Assembly (NCBI RefSeq): GCF_036321535.1
Contig: NC_087437.1
Span: forward strand, 48,176,001 to 48,240,000
Origin: Camelus dromedarius
Lineage: Eukaryota
DNA: 64,000 nucleotides
Direction: 5' to 3'
Within the stretch, counting starts at the first letter, position 1; each line of letters opens with the position of its first letter. Position numbers and translations under genes: made by a program. The notes beneath the pieces are model-generated. The model was not told the DNA's origin. It saw only the letters and a program-made list of their open reading frames with translations, and ran no database searches. This document shows positions 51,941 through 64,000 of this stretch, piece after piece.

Positions 51941-52592
51941 ACTCCACAGTACTGCATCCTTCTGGGTAGTTCTTTTTAATTTACACACTGTTTGCAGACA
52001 CGTGTTAATGTAAAGAGTTACTAAATAAATAAATTGTTGAGTACTTGCCAGATCTCAGAAATTGTGTTTGGTACTCATTTAGTCCTCACACCTATGAAGT
52101 AATTATTATGTATCCTTGTATTTCTTTTGAGGAAACTGAGGTTTAAATTTAAACAATTTCCCCAAGATCACATAGAAAAGCCTCTGGACAGAGTAAGGTA
52201 TCATCCAACTAGTCGTAACTACTGGAGCTGGGATTTAAAGTCAGGTCTTCTAATTTCACATTATTTTTCATTGCTTGATGGTGCCTCATATGCTCATATG
52301 TGCATCTGCCTCCACGTGCACCTTCTAAGGGAAAAATCTGTACCATAAAGGAGTCTGTGACCTCCCAACTGGAATCCACTGCTCCCATCATCAGGACCTG
52401 CTGTTAGAAGTCATAGTCTCCCTGCAGCATCCGGGTAGAGGTGTGATGACAGAACAGTTTGGCTTGAAGAATGTTAGGAGAATTTCCTGACCTGTGTTTA
52501 AGACGTCCCCTGCTTCTTAAGCTAGCAGGCCAGGTGCTGTATGAAGCCAGCTTCACAGAGTTAACGCTGATAAATATTGTTAGCCACTAAAG

Positions 52593-52770
52593 CAGAGATG
52601 CTCAAACTTTATCATGAATAAGAATCACTCAGGGAACTTAATAGAAATCTAAGTTTGCTGGCTTAACCCTCAGAGATTTTGGTTCTGAGGGCCTAGGTGT
52701 GGTATTTTCTAGGAAGTATTCTAGATGCTTCTGATGCAGGAAATTCTTGAATGATATTTTGAGAACACTG
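52593..52770 (+). mobile_element. MER5-family MITE
   Basis: Ends CAGAGATGCTCAAA and TTTGAGAACACTG. Confidence 0.8.
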
Positions 52771-54359
52771 GGCTGCACTCTTCTGTTCTCTAACACCATG
52801 ACAATCCATGTCCTACTGGAATGTTTTTGGAAGGGATGGAATAAGCAAGACTGTAATTGTGATCTTTGCCATGAATTCAGAAATGTTTGCATTTAGGATT
52901 TTGGTGTGCTAATCTTTTGTGTGAGTGTGTTTGAGTTCTGGATGACTTGTGACATATAGCACATGTCATTAGCTCTGGAAATGTCACTCTGTGGATCTGG
53001 GCGCTCCCAACATCTTACCACCAAGTGGCTTAGATCTATACAATGGATCAGTAGATGAACCAAAGCTACATAAAAGTCTACAAATAAAGAGGAGAAAAGG
53101 GAAAGCTATAGTGCTCACTCTGTGAAATGCAGATTATTACTGAGGGAAGTGCAGTGTGTTAGGCGTAACCTTAGAAACTACATAAACAAAAGGAAAAAGG
53201 AACATAAGCCATGAAGGTTTGAAACATGTGCTGAATTCAGACTTGTCCTCCTTAAGCAGGCTCAGGACAGCTCAGGTCAATTTTTTTAATGCTCACATTT
53301 TAAAGCCTAACTCATACACAGTGACAGAAATTAAGTCATTGATTCCTTTTCCAGTTAAAGGAAATGTTTATCATTTAAACTACTTTGTGAAGTTCATAGA
53401 ACATGGCTTATACTTAATGAATAATCACTCTTCTCCTTTCATGTCTTCTTTAGAAAGACCCTCTCCCTCTATACCAGGAAAGGATCTCTGTTATGTTGTT
53501 CTATCATGTAAGTACCCGCTGTACCTGGTTATTGAGTCAGCTGTGGATAACTAGAATGAATAAATTAAATTACACTCCTACACACCCAGAATATTACTGA
53601 GAATCTGATGCTAAGAACTCCCCTGAAAAAATGAGTTCACTAAATCAGTTCTATGAAGGAGTTTATAAGTAATAGACTACCATTTATTGGACAGATATTT
53701 ACAAGTTAAACCTAACCTCTGGCTAATAGGAATAGTCTTATTTTTTAAAAAATTGGAATCTTTTATGTCTATTCTAACAGGGCAAATTTATGATCAACAT
53801 TAAATTTCTCTTCTTTGCAGTGATGAGAAGTAGAATTAATCTTCATGGTATCTGTACAGAATCTGGAATTTTGAACATTGCAATGACAGAACATCACAGA
53901 ACAGACTTTACCGTGCAAAGGTAGATAGCCTCTTGTACTTTTGACTTTGAGCAAATATTGATCGAAAGCCTCATATTTACAGGATGTTGTACTAAAATTA
54001 TAATAATAGTTCTTAATTTATCATAATGCCTTGCCTTACGTAGTACAAACTGTTTTCAGATTCAAATAACCCTCACTGACCTGCCACAATCTTCCCAACA
54101 TAGCCAGGGAATGTGCTGCCATCCTAATGTGACTTGACCACTGTAGGTCCACTCCACTGTTTCTCATCATGTGGTAAAATAGTCACAGATCAACGTCATG
54201 TTCACGACACAGACAAGAGAAAAACAGAGATCTAGAAAACAAACTAGTGAAATCAGTTGTTTGATTTAAAATTCAGATATAGTTTTCTCTAGCCTATTTT
54301 TATCCAGATATTAGAAGATTATTTAATTATTTTAAATGAGATGAGTCACGATATTCTAA

Positions 54360-55375
54360 AAATCATATTTCTGAAGAATATTTATGAACATGGAAATTCT
54401 CATTATGTAATTTTAGGTGTTCACATAATTGTGCATGCAATATAATCTTAATTTTAAATGATCATATTTACATATTCAGACACACAGAAAAACAGACTGC
54501 AAAGAAATACATCAAAATATCAATGATGGTTAGGAGCTCAACTTCATTAGACATTAGGAAAACAGAAATTAAAACCATAATGTGACAACACTTTATCCAT
54601 CAAAATTGATGAAGTGAAAAAGAAAGAAAATATTAAGTTCTGGTGAAGATATAGAGCAACTAGAAGTCTCACAGTCTTCTGGTAGGAGTGTAAAATTGGT
54701 ACAACCACTTTGAAAAATCATTTGGCAGTATCTACAAAACTGAACGCATATTTATATAGTCTACATATCCTATGACTCAGAAATTCTACTCCTAAGTAAA
54801 CAACTAACATAAATGCAAATATATGTTCACCTCAAAACACGTACAGGGATGTTCATAGTGGAATTATTTGCAATTGCCCCAAACTGGTGGTATATTCACA
54901 GCTATGAGAACAAATGCACTGTAACTATACAGAATGAGATGAATAAATTTCACAAATCTCTCTGTTTTCTTAACTTAATGTTGAGAGAAAGAAGATGTTA
55001 TATCAATGAAAAGCATACAAAATTCCCTTATCATATTAGAAGTCAAGATAATAGTACTTATCTTTGGTAGAGAGTTGTGACAAAAGGGGGCATGAAATGG
55101 GGAGGAATCTGAGGTACTATTTCCTGATCTGGGAGCTAGAAACTGGTTATACAGGTGTGTTTGTGCCAATTTACTTATCTAAACACATGTAATTATTGCA
55201 ATTTTCTTTGGGTTTTTATACAACAATTTAAAATCTCCAAAAAAGAAAGAAAAATTAATGGTTGTTATTCTCTACTGTGGGATATGGGCAAATTTTAGAT
55301 TCTTCTTTATCTTTTCCATTATTTTCCAAATTTTCTATAGAATAAATATATAATACCCTTATAATTAGAAAAAAT
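54360..55375 (+). mobile_element. L1ME-like fragments; a piece at about 54530-55250 is nested in an older 3' end
   Basis: GGTAGGAGTGTAAAATTGGTACAACCACTTTGAAAA..TTTGGCAGTATCTAC..TATGACTCAGAAATTCTACTCCTAAG. Flanks show L1ME 3'UTR motifs. Confidence 0.8.
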
Positions 55376-57885
55376 ATGTTCAAAATAATCTTTTCTTATA
55401 CAGTTTCTTGAGAGGTGTTACTTTAAACTCCATGGAAAAAAATTCAAGTTAAAAATAAATCTTTCATATCTGCTATCCTATAGTCCTAGGAGGCGCTCAG
55501 GGCAACCTGCATTACTTCCTACTTAATTAGAATCTCTTTGGGTCAGATTCAGGAACTGGGTATTTTTTCAACATTCCTACGTTATTCTTATTCACAACTG
55601 ACTTTGAGAACTAGGCAGTGCATACTGTTGCAAAGAGGAAGGTCTCCTTACAAAAGAAAAGCGGTATGGGGAGAAATCTGTTCTTCTTACTGTTCAAAGT
55701 CATTTCCCTGGCCAAAGAAGTTATTACCTAACAACTTGAAAACAGTTTTACTTTTGCATTGCATAAATGAATTACAAGATGCCAGAGAAAGTGATAGTGT
55801 ATCAAAGGCCTCCTCTCTTCTTATCTAAAAGACTTCATAATATTGAAAATGATAAGTGGTGACATGAGCCAATTGCCCAAACTTGCCCAGTTAGTGATTT
55901 ATATGAAATTATGTCAAGATGATCCTAGTTATTGCATTGTGCTCAAAGATTATTGATAATAAAACACTTATTTTAATCTGAACTTTCATTAAAGACATTG
56001 TTGATCAATATTTAGTGAGTATTCATTGTATACTGGGTAGTGAGAAACAGAACAAAATGTCAAATAGCTTGGCTATTTCCCTCCATTAAACTCCACTGCT
56101 TGGAAGGTAGTATATAGCAACAGTCTGTGACAGGAGAGAAATTCAGATTCAAGATTATCTAACCATGGCCTCCTGTATATAGGATAATGTGATTAGGCTG
56201 ATAAATTTTCACTGTAAATAGTTTGTAATTATAAAGCTAAGCAAAATTTGCATTACTCTCAGATAATAGTTTCCAGAATAGATTAAACCATAGTACATAA
56301 TTGTGGAATTACTTCCAAATGAGAATCTTTTACTGTTTTCTTTTAATCAATGCCACCTGCTTTTCTATTAATAACTATAGTTGTTTACATCATAATTTTT
56401 TCCACTTTGTGCTTGCATAAAATGTCCTTCACTTCAGAGGTAGGTGAAAACAATTTGAAAAGGTCTTTAAGATTCTTCAGAAGGCACTTTCTGAACTTAA
56501 ACTATGTTATAATAAACTATTCCCAAAACAATATTAATCATGACTATCTTGACTCTAGTTTTGAATAAAATACAGTTCTGCTTTAAAATCCATTTAAACA
56601 GAAATTTTTTAAAAGATAAACATTTCATCTGAGTGCAATTTTGAAATATTTTCTTCTCAGTTCTACTTGAAGAGTCTTGAATGTGTTCAATTAAGGTTTC
56701 TCAATTATTTTTATGATTGCTGACTGTGATGTCACGGATACCAAAACTCTGAAGAAAGTAGCTAGGGAGAGATCAAAGTATATTTTCTACAGAAAATGTA
56801 GGCGGGCAACCTCACCTACAAAGAAGTCATCTTTTTAACATTTGTGCATAAATAAGTGCAGCACTGAGTAACCCTAGAGAACAGAGAATTTCACTCTTTT
56901 ATTTGATGGTTGGAGTAAATAAACACCAGAGATGATAGAGGCCATATCCAAGTGCATAGAGCTAGTTAGCATCAGTTGTTTCTAGCCAAAAAAAAAGAAG
57001 AAGAAGAAAAAAAAAGGTCCTATGAATTATAATTCCTTGCTTTTTAAAATTCCATTGAATACATTCTACTTTGTCAAATACATTATCCTATAATGATAAA
57101 AGGAGCAATCAAATTTATTATAGCATTAATATTTATCATTTTTATCCATGAAACCTTCTGATAAGAATCTAAGAAGTAAATACGGCTCCCTTAGATGTAA
57201 GCTATGTTTACCCAAACCAAACTTTTAGCAGCCCTCCTCAGTGTCTTTGACCATGGTTTATAGTTTCTCTGTTCTTCAGCTGGTTACCTCCTAGTTCTCA
57301 CTTTTTATTATAAATAGCTAAATTAAAGCCCACTTTATTGTTACATTTATGGGACACAGTGTAGAGTCAGGGCATGTTTGCATAATATATGCCTTTATCT
57401 AATATTTATAGAAAAGAATAACAAAAATATCAAGAACAAAAATAGAGATAACATTTCATCTTTAGGAATACTAGAGACATGACCATAAAGTCATATTACA
57501 ATTTTGCCAGATTTAATACATTCGGATGAAGACAAATGAGGATACTAAGGTTTGGATCAGTGAGTAGGTGAGGAGGTTCCAGTGATGAAAGAGAGCCATG
57601 GAAGAAAAAAAAGGAAGTGGCCCATTTGAGACTCATCCTTTTTCCACAGGACAGAAGAGAAGCAGGTTTAATGGAAAAATCACATTATACTACCATTTTA
57701 ATTCCTAGACGGGTTTTTAACAGGAATCTGGTACATGATTGGAGGCAAAATTAAGTCTTAAGAGAGACTGTAAATAGTTCCTGGTTGGGGGATGGGTAGT
57801 AGTGGTGGGAAATTTGGAGCTGAAATCTGTAAAAGACTATCTAGGGAGACCAAAGCTGGGGAATAGTTTAATAATAGTTTAATAA

Positions 57886-58373
57886 TAACCAAGAGCTGGC
57901 TTTTTGAAAGAGTAAACAAAATCAACAAACCTCTGACCAGGCTCACCAAGAAGAAAAGAGAGAGGGCACAAATAAACTAAGTAGGAAATGAAAATGGAGA
58001 AATTACAACCAACACGACAGAAATACAAAAAATCATAAGAGAATACTATGAACAACTATATGGCAACAAATTGGACAACCTAGAAGAAATGGACAAATAT
58101 CTAGAAACATACCATCCACCAAAACTGAATCAAGAAGAAATAGATCATCTGAACAAACCGATCACTAGAAGTAAGATAGAATCAGCAATAAAAAACCTCC
58201 CTGCAGGCAAAAGTCCAGGACCAGATGGCTTCACTGGTGGATTCTACCAAATATACAAAGAAGAACTCACATCAATCCTTAAACTCTTCCAAAAGATTGA
58301 AAAGGAGAAAACACTTCCATACTCATTCTATGAAGCCACCATCACCCTGATACCAAAACCAGACAAAGACACT
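57886..58373 (+). mobile_element. Internal L1 ORF2 fragment (linker to start of RT domain), low divergence
   Basis: Translates [88 protein letters not shown]. Confidence 0.97.
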
Positions 58374-59299
58374 CTTTCCTTAAAGATAAGGGAAAGCTCC
58401 CAGAGTAAGGTACTCACATTTTCATAGAAATAGGTAGACACAGCCCACCTAAACTTTGGCTACTGGTTTCTCCAGTTTACTCTTCACTCAACTCCCTAGT
58501 AAGTGAATGACTAAGTAAGAGCTAATGGGCTTGTACACTAGATTTTCAGCTCAAAATCTAAGGGAATTTATAAACCACACCCAGGTAAATGATGACTAGA
58601 ATCTTAGTGAAGTTCAATGACAAATAGAGTACTTCAGCTAGGCTGAAGAGGTAGCACATCCACCAAGGGGGAAAAATCAGTATGGTCTCAGACTTACTAG
58701 CTTCATTAGAAGTAAAAGATTATGGAATGACAATAAAAAGCTTTGAGGAAAATAAATGTAAATCTTCAAGGAATGAGTTCAGAGCTTCTCTTCATTACTT
58801 CTTCCTCTCCAGGAATGAGGAAAATTGTTAGTCAGACACAAAATATACAACATATAGCCCAGGCTTGCTTGTGGGGAGAGCCCTTGTGTAGTGAAAATTA
58901 AAAGATCCTTGTAAGTGGATATGTCTCTTTCTTTTGTATTTCCCTTTCATAATGCCAAGGTGTTAAGGGCCAAGAACCTTGACTCAGCATCACAGAAGGC
59001 AAATAATCCCAGCTCAGCATTCAGAATTGAGGAAAAATCATTATCTATCTTTCTTTGTTTACATTGCACCTGGTGCTGGTATGTGTGTATTTTATCAACC
59101 TGGAGAAAAGAAATAGGGCCTATCTTAGCTTGATTTTTGCCAAAATCTATTTAAGCTTAATTTGTTTACAGCTTAGTAATAGTTCACATGGGCTATTCCA
59201 GGCCAACAGAGTTTTCTGCATTGGGCTGTGGAAACAGTGTTAAAAGTAGTTAACTAGGAATGATTTACAAAAGTCTGAAGTCAGAAAGTAGTCCAGGGT

Positions 59300-61830
59300 T
59301 TCTGTTCAAGATGGGGTGGCCGTTTTGTGTTTGAATCCTCATTTGCCACTCTAAATACATAGCAATAATAGATAAACTCTAAAGTGAAAAAAAATTAAAA
59401 AGACATGCTAAACAAAAAATTTAACTACACATATGAAAATGCAAGAGAAAACCAAAAATAGTAAACTATAAGCCTACTAGACTTTGGAACCAGAATTAGG
59501 CAAATCTGAGTTGGAGCAAGAGGAACTAAATGTGTCCTGTGTAAGGCAGGAGACTAGGGTCAGGTTTACTGCTTAAAAACAGGGACTCTGTTGGACCTCT
59601 ATCATCCATGAAAAGATGTTGTGAAAAGTTGTGACCAATAATTTCCTGAATTACAGATAGTGTATATTGAGAGACAAAAGTATGCAGACACAGATTCAAA
59701 GCTAGGACCTGGGCCAATCTACTTGCTGGTTATTGACTAAATATCATCAAGTACTTGAAAGGGAACCCTGGGACAAGGTGGAATTTGAGACAACTGTAAA
59801 ACTGTTAGGCAAGGAGGAATGTACACAGTGGTAAAAGACAAATTGCCACAGAAAGTAAGAGTTCAAACTAAAAATTCAAACAAAGGAAAAGAATACTAAG
59901 AAAATGAACAAAATCAAAAATGAGGAAGTAAATGAACTCCAGGCTAACTCTGGATTAATTAACTTGCAAGTTAATCTTAAAAATAAAATAATTTAAACAC
60001 TGGAATAAGAAAATCAACATTTGGGCAAACTATAAACTAGAAGAAGTCAAAGGGAGAATTAGGAAATTTGAATATAGCATAGGAATTAAACCAAAACTCA
60101 TAGAAAAGTTTAAAAACATGGATTGTTCATTTGAGATATTCCAATAAAAATTTAATAGAAATCCAGAAATGAAGATAGAAAGAATAGCAGAAAAGAAATA
60201 TTCAAAGATAATGATGGGGAGAATATTCTAAAATTAAAGAAACATATGAGCCTCATTTGAAAATGCCTGCTGTATTAGTTTCTTAGGGTTGCTGTAACAA
60301 AGTACCACAGACTGGATGGCTTAAAATAACAGAAATGCATTATTTCACAACTCTCAAGGCTAGAAGCCCAAAATCAAAGCGTTAGCTGCACTGATTCCTT
60401 CTGAGGGCTAGAAGGAAGGATTTATTTCCTGCCCCTCCCCATCTTCTGGTGGTTTACTGGCAATTTTAATGTTCCTTGGCTTGTAGATACATCACCCCAA
60501 TCTCAGCTTTGATCTTCACACGGCATTCTCTCTGTGTCTCTGACTCTTCTCTGTCTGTCTCTGTGTCCAAATTTCCCCTTTTTAAAAGGACACCAGTCAT
60601 ACTGAATTAAGGTCCACCCCAATGACTTCATTTTAACTTGATTACTTCTGTAAGGACCCTGTTTCCAAATACAGTCAAATTCTGAGACATTGGGGTTAGG
60701 ATTTCAACATTTCTTTTTCAGAGGATACAGTCCAACCCATGAGACTCTCCAAATACTGAAAAGGGAAAAAGGAAAAGAAAAAGTGAAACTTCAGAAAATC
60801 AAAGAGCAAGATAACCAGAAAGAAGAGGCAAATTGACAATAGAATTCTCAGCAGCAGTAGCTGTCAGAAGACAAAGGAAGAACGCCTTCAAAGAGCTGAG
60901 CCAGAATTCCACATCCAATTAAAAATAGTCATTCTAGAGTTAGGGCTAAATAAATCATTGTTTTCAAACACAGGGGGTTCTAGAAGGTTTACCACTCATA
61001 GATTCTTGCACAAAAACCTACTAAAATTGAACTTAAAGAAAAGTAGTAGGATGCAAGGACCTACAGTAAGTTCAGAAACTGACAACACATATTAGAATAG
61101 CAATTAAATGTAAAAAACATATTTTTATGTGGGCACATTTAAGACTCTACTTAACAAAATCAAGAAACATTGAAAGAATGAGGCTAAAAATGTACAAAGG
61201 ACTTAACTGAGAGGATAGAAAAATTGAATAACTTTAGACTTTGCTAGAGAAATTTATAGATATACATGGCAAATGTGTATCACATAAAAAGGCAAAAAGA
61301 AAATAGGAAGCAATGATATTAATATCAAAGGAAGCTGATTTCTAGGTGGTAAAATTGAAAAAATATTAATGTTATAAACATTACAAATTTAAAAATCAGG
61401 AGTAAAAAATGAGACCCACAATGAGAAAAACAAATCAATAGCGCAGCTGAAAAAAGGGCAATGGTCATACAAAGGTGACTGATGGAAGAAATACAAATGG
61501 CCAAGAAACATGAAAATATATCTAACTGCATTAATAATCATATAATTGAAAATAGTAAATGATGAAATACATTTTGGCTTTTGGATTAGTACTGATTAAA
61601 TATATAGATAAAATCCATTATTAATGAAGATGTAAGGAAATAATCACTCTCATGTTTTATTGATGGGAGTTAAATGGGTAGTTCTTTTTGTAAGTAATTT
61701 ATTGTATATATCAAATTGTAAATTGAGCAAATCATTCATCTAGGGTATAATCCTACTTTTAGACATTTAACCTAAAGAAATAATTACAAAGATGTTCTTC
61801 ACATTGTTTATAATAACACCCTGAGAATCC
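59300..61830 (+). mobile_element. Highly decayed L1M/HAL1-like fragments, interrupted by MLT1
   Basis: A-rich ORF1-like stretches (GAAATATTCAAAGATAATGATGGGGAGAATATTCTAAAATTAAAG; GCCTTCAAAGAGCTGAG..CCAGAATTC) and ORF2 3' remnants (GAAGAAATACAAATGGCCAAGAAACATGAAAA). Confidence 0.65.
60271..60744 (-). mobile_element. MLT1C-like MaLR solo LTR, apparently complete
   Basis: TGTATTAGTTTCTTAGGGTTGCTGTAACAAAGTACCACAGACTGG..AAGGACACCAGTCATACTG..GGGGTTAGGATTTCAACAT..CAACCCATGAGA. Confidence 0.92.
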
Positions 61831-63009
61831 CATGGGATAAAATAATCATTTTAAAGATGACAAGGCAGAACATAAAGCATAAAGCATAAAACAGGGATGC
61901 TCTTTGGCATCCTTCACTGTTCTCTTTAACTTTTATCTGAGAGACTTTAAACCACTTTTGTCACTGCACTATAGAATACAGAAACAGAAACTTTTCCTTT
62001 TAAATTGAGAACATGAATTTATTGTCATAAATAAGGAGTGGCCTCAATAAACAATAAGCAACCAGACAAACTACCTAATTATCATCAGAACGATGGACCT
62101 AAGATCAATTGCTCCAAGCCAAAGCCTTCTTTCTTGGCAGACATTCTCCATTACATCAACTTATTAAGGTATCTGCAGTTAATTCATTTTGAAGGACTTC
62201 ATTATATAGTTCAATTTTATGGCTATGGTTTTAATACCTTCCCTGAAAAATGCCTAGGCTACAGTCATTGAGCCCTGTTCTACGGTGGAGTCACAAATGC
62301 AGATCTCTGCAGGTGCTGGAGAGTAAAGTAATTGAGTAGAACAGTCTGGGTGAGAAATGTATTTAGCTGGGGAACAAGGCTTCTTTGAGGACAGTCTCAG
62401 TTTTTAGCAGTTAGGCAATCTGGTGGACATTTCCAATGGTTTCCCTCAATGAATAGTTCCAGTCTTTGAGGGGAATCATATGGCGGTGGACAGTGAAAGC
62501 TACTGGATTGGGACATTCAATTTAATTTTCCTGTATCATCAGGTCTCTTGTCCATTTCAATGTAAGCAGCTACCTTTTTCAGAAGTGCTGTATCAGCTTT
62601 TTCAGAAATGCTGTGTCAGCTGAGATTGACCTGCAGTCCTCTGAGACCTCTCTCTCAGTTATTTTCCATAGAAGTAGTATGGCAGTGCATGTGCCTGGGC
62701 CACAATATAAGACTGTATAAATTTTACTGATTAGCCCAGAATAGTACTTTTCCCTACAGGATCTGGTTCAGCCTATGAGGTATGTTTCACTATCACCGTC
62801 TTCAATAATCAATATTATTCAGGATGAGTAATTTCCATTTCCTGTCATCACCTTTCCAGTAATTGAAGGGCATTTTTAACTAAATTGATGGAGAAAGAAA
62901 AAACTGAACATACAGTTCACAGGTGTTAATTTGTGGTACAGATTAGGACTACCTGAGAATTGAAATAGTACCAGAAGATATTCCAAACAACAACAACAAC
63001 AACAATAAA

Positions 63010-63907
63010 ACTACCTACTTGAACTTGACTAAAACTAAATTAATCAGTTTTTCTCACATTAAAGCTGATTCTCCCTCCATGTTTCCTATCCCAATGAGTA
63101 GAACTAACATCCTGTTTTCAATCAACATCCCGTTTTCCTGTTCCTTCCCAACTACCTCACTTTTAACAATTCCCACCTTGTCCTGTCAATTTTATCTCAG
63201 TTGATTGTAATTCATCTACTGCCTTTCCTATATTAATGATATCACCATTTAAAAAGGTCCCCGATTGTTCTCCTTTGGTCCATCCTTGTCCCCTGTAATT
63301 TGCTTCCTACATTTGCAGCCAAAGTGACCTTTCCAAGATGCAAATCTGATTATTTCACTTAACCACTTAAATCTTTTCAGTTGTCATCAGGTAAAGGTTC
63401 CATGGCTTAACATGGAGCTTATAAGGTCTGTTAGGATGATGCTGCCTACCTTTCAGTTTCATTTCTTACCACTCCTTTGGACCATTATGAACTATATTCA
63501 GCTTTTCCAATAATGCCTTTCTCTTTCCCTAACGTTTGGTTCTTTGAACAAATTCAAAGAACTTGAATTTGGACTTGTCTTCCACCTGCTCTTAACCTGG
63601 CTAATTTATGAAAATATTTCAAGTCTTATTGGTATATCACTGTGTTGGATGACTTCTCTAATTCCTAATTATGGTTCAGATGCCCCTTCTGTTGTACTAA
63701 CTCCATTGAAGGTATTATACCAAATTGTAATTGTCTGTTTACTTACCTATGTGCAAAACCCCAGTGTGTTAGACAATAAATTCCTGGAGGCTAAAATCGT
63801 ATTTGTTTTATTTGTCTAGCACTTAGTAGAATGGTAGGTGAACAATATGCCTAAATATTTGCTAAATGCTAAACATTCACTGATAAATGAATAAATGAAT
63901 GAATGAA
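63010..63907 (+). mobile_element. L2 3' portion with (AATG)n tail
   Basis: TGCAGCCAAAGTGACCTTTCCAAGATGCAAATCTGAT..TAGACAATAAATTCCTGGAGG..AAATGAATAAATGAATGAATGAA. Confidence 0.85.
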
Positions 63908-64000
63908 CTGGAATAAATCTCGGCTAGGGATATTTATTGGAAGTACAGTCAATCTAGTACCAGACTACGCCAAACCCAGGCAACTGTGGGCTAAAACTAA

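Noticed and set aside
58071..58427. 118-aa ORF as a host gene
   Set aside because: It is L1 ORF2 sequence with an upstream in-frame stop, reading out into flanking DNA.
1..64000. CRISPR array, operon or other prokaryotic or viral system
   Set aside because: No regularly spaced repeats, no gene-dense coding structure, and the repeat content is typically mammalian.

Overview
Mammalian genomic DNA, AT-rich and not prokaryotic. A tRNA-derived SINE at about 49.9-50.05 kb resembles the camelid Vic-1 type, so the source is probably camel, alpaca or llama. The one clear functional landmark is a CpG island at about 31.55-32.18 kb, which looks like the promoter and first exon of a minus-strand gene (donor GGA|GTGAGT at 31829/31828). 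That gene runs leftward through a long first intron. It has small candidate exons at 8521-8564, 623-662 and possibly a 6-nt microexon at 166-171, and continues off the left edge. I could not name the gene. The rest is intron or intergenic DNA rich in old interspersed repeats, several nested inside one another: L2, MIR, L3/CR1, L1M, hAT MITEs (MER3, MER5, MER20, MER53), ERVL/MaLR solo LTRs and microsatellites. Most listed ORFs are chance or repeat-derived; the clearly protein-like ones are L1 and L2 ORF2 remnants. Repeat families were called by eye from remembered consensus sequences, and boundaries are approximate. I found no convincing novel biological system. The best leads are a possible splice-assembled A|TG start codon with a microexon, an atypical internal L1 insertion, and a palindrome-dense element at 12.0 kb.
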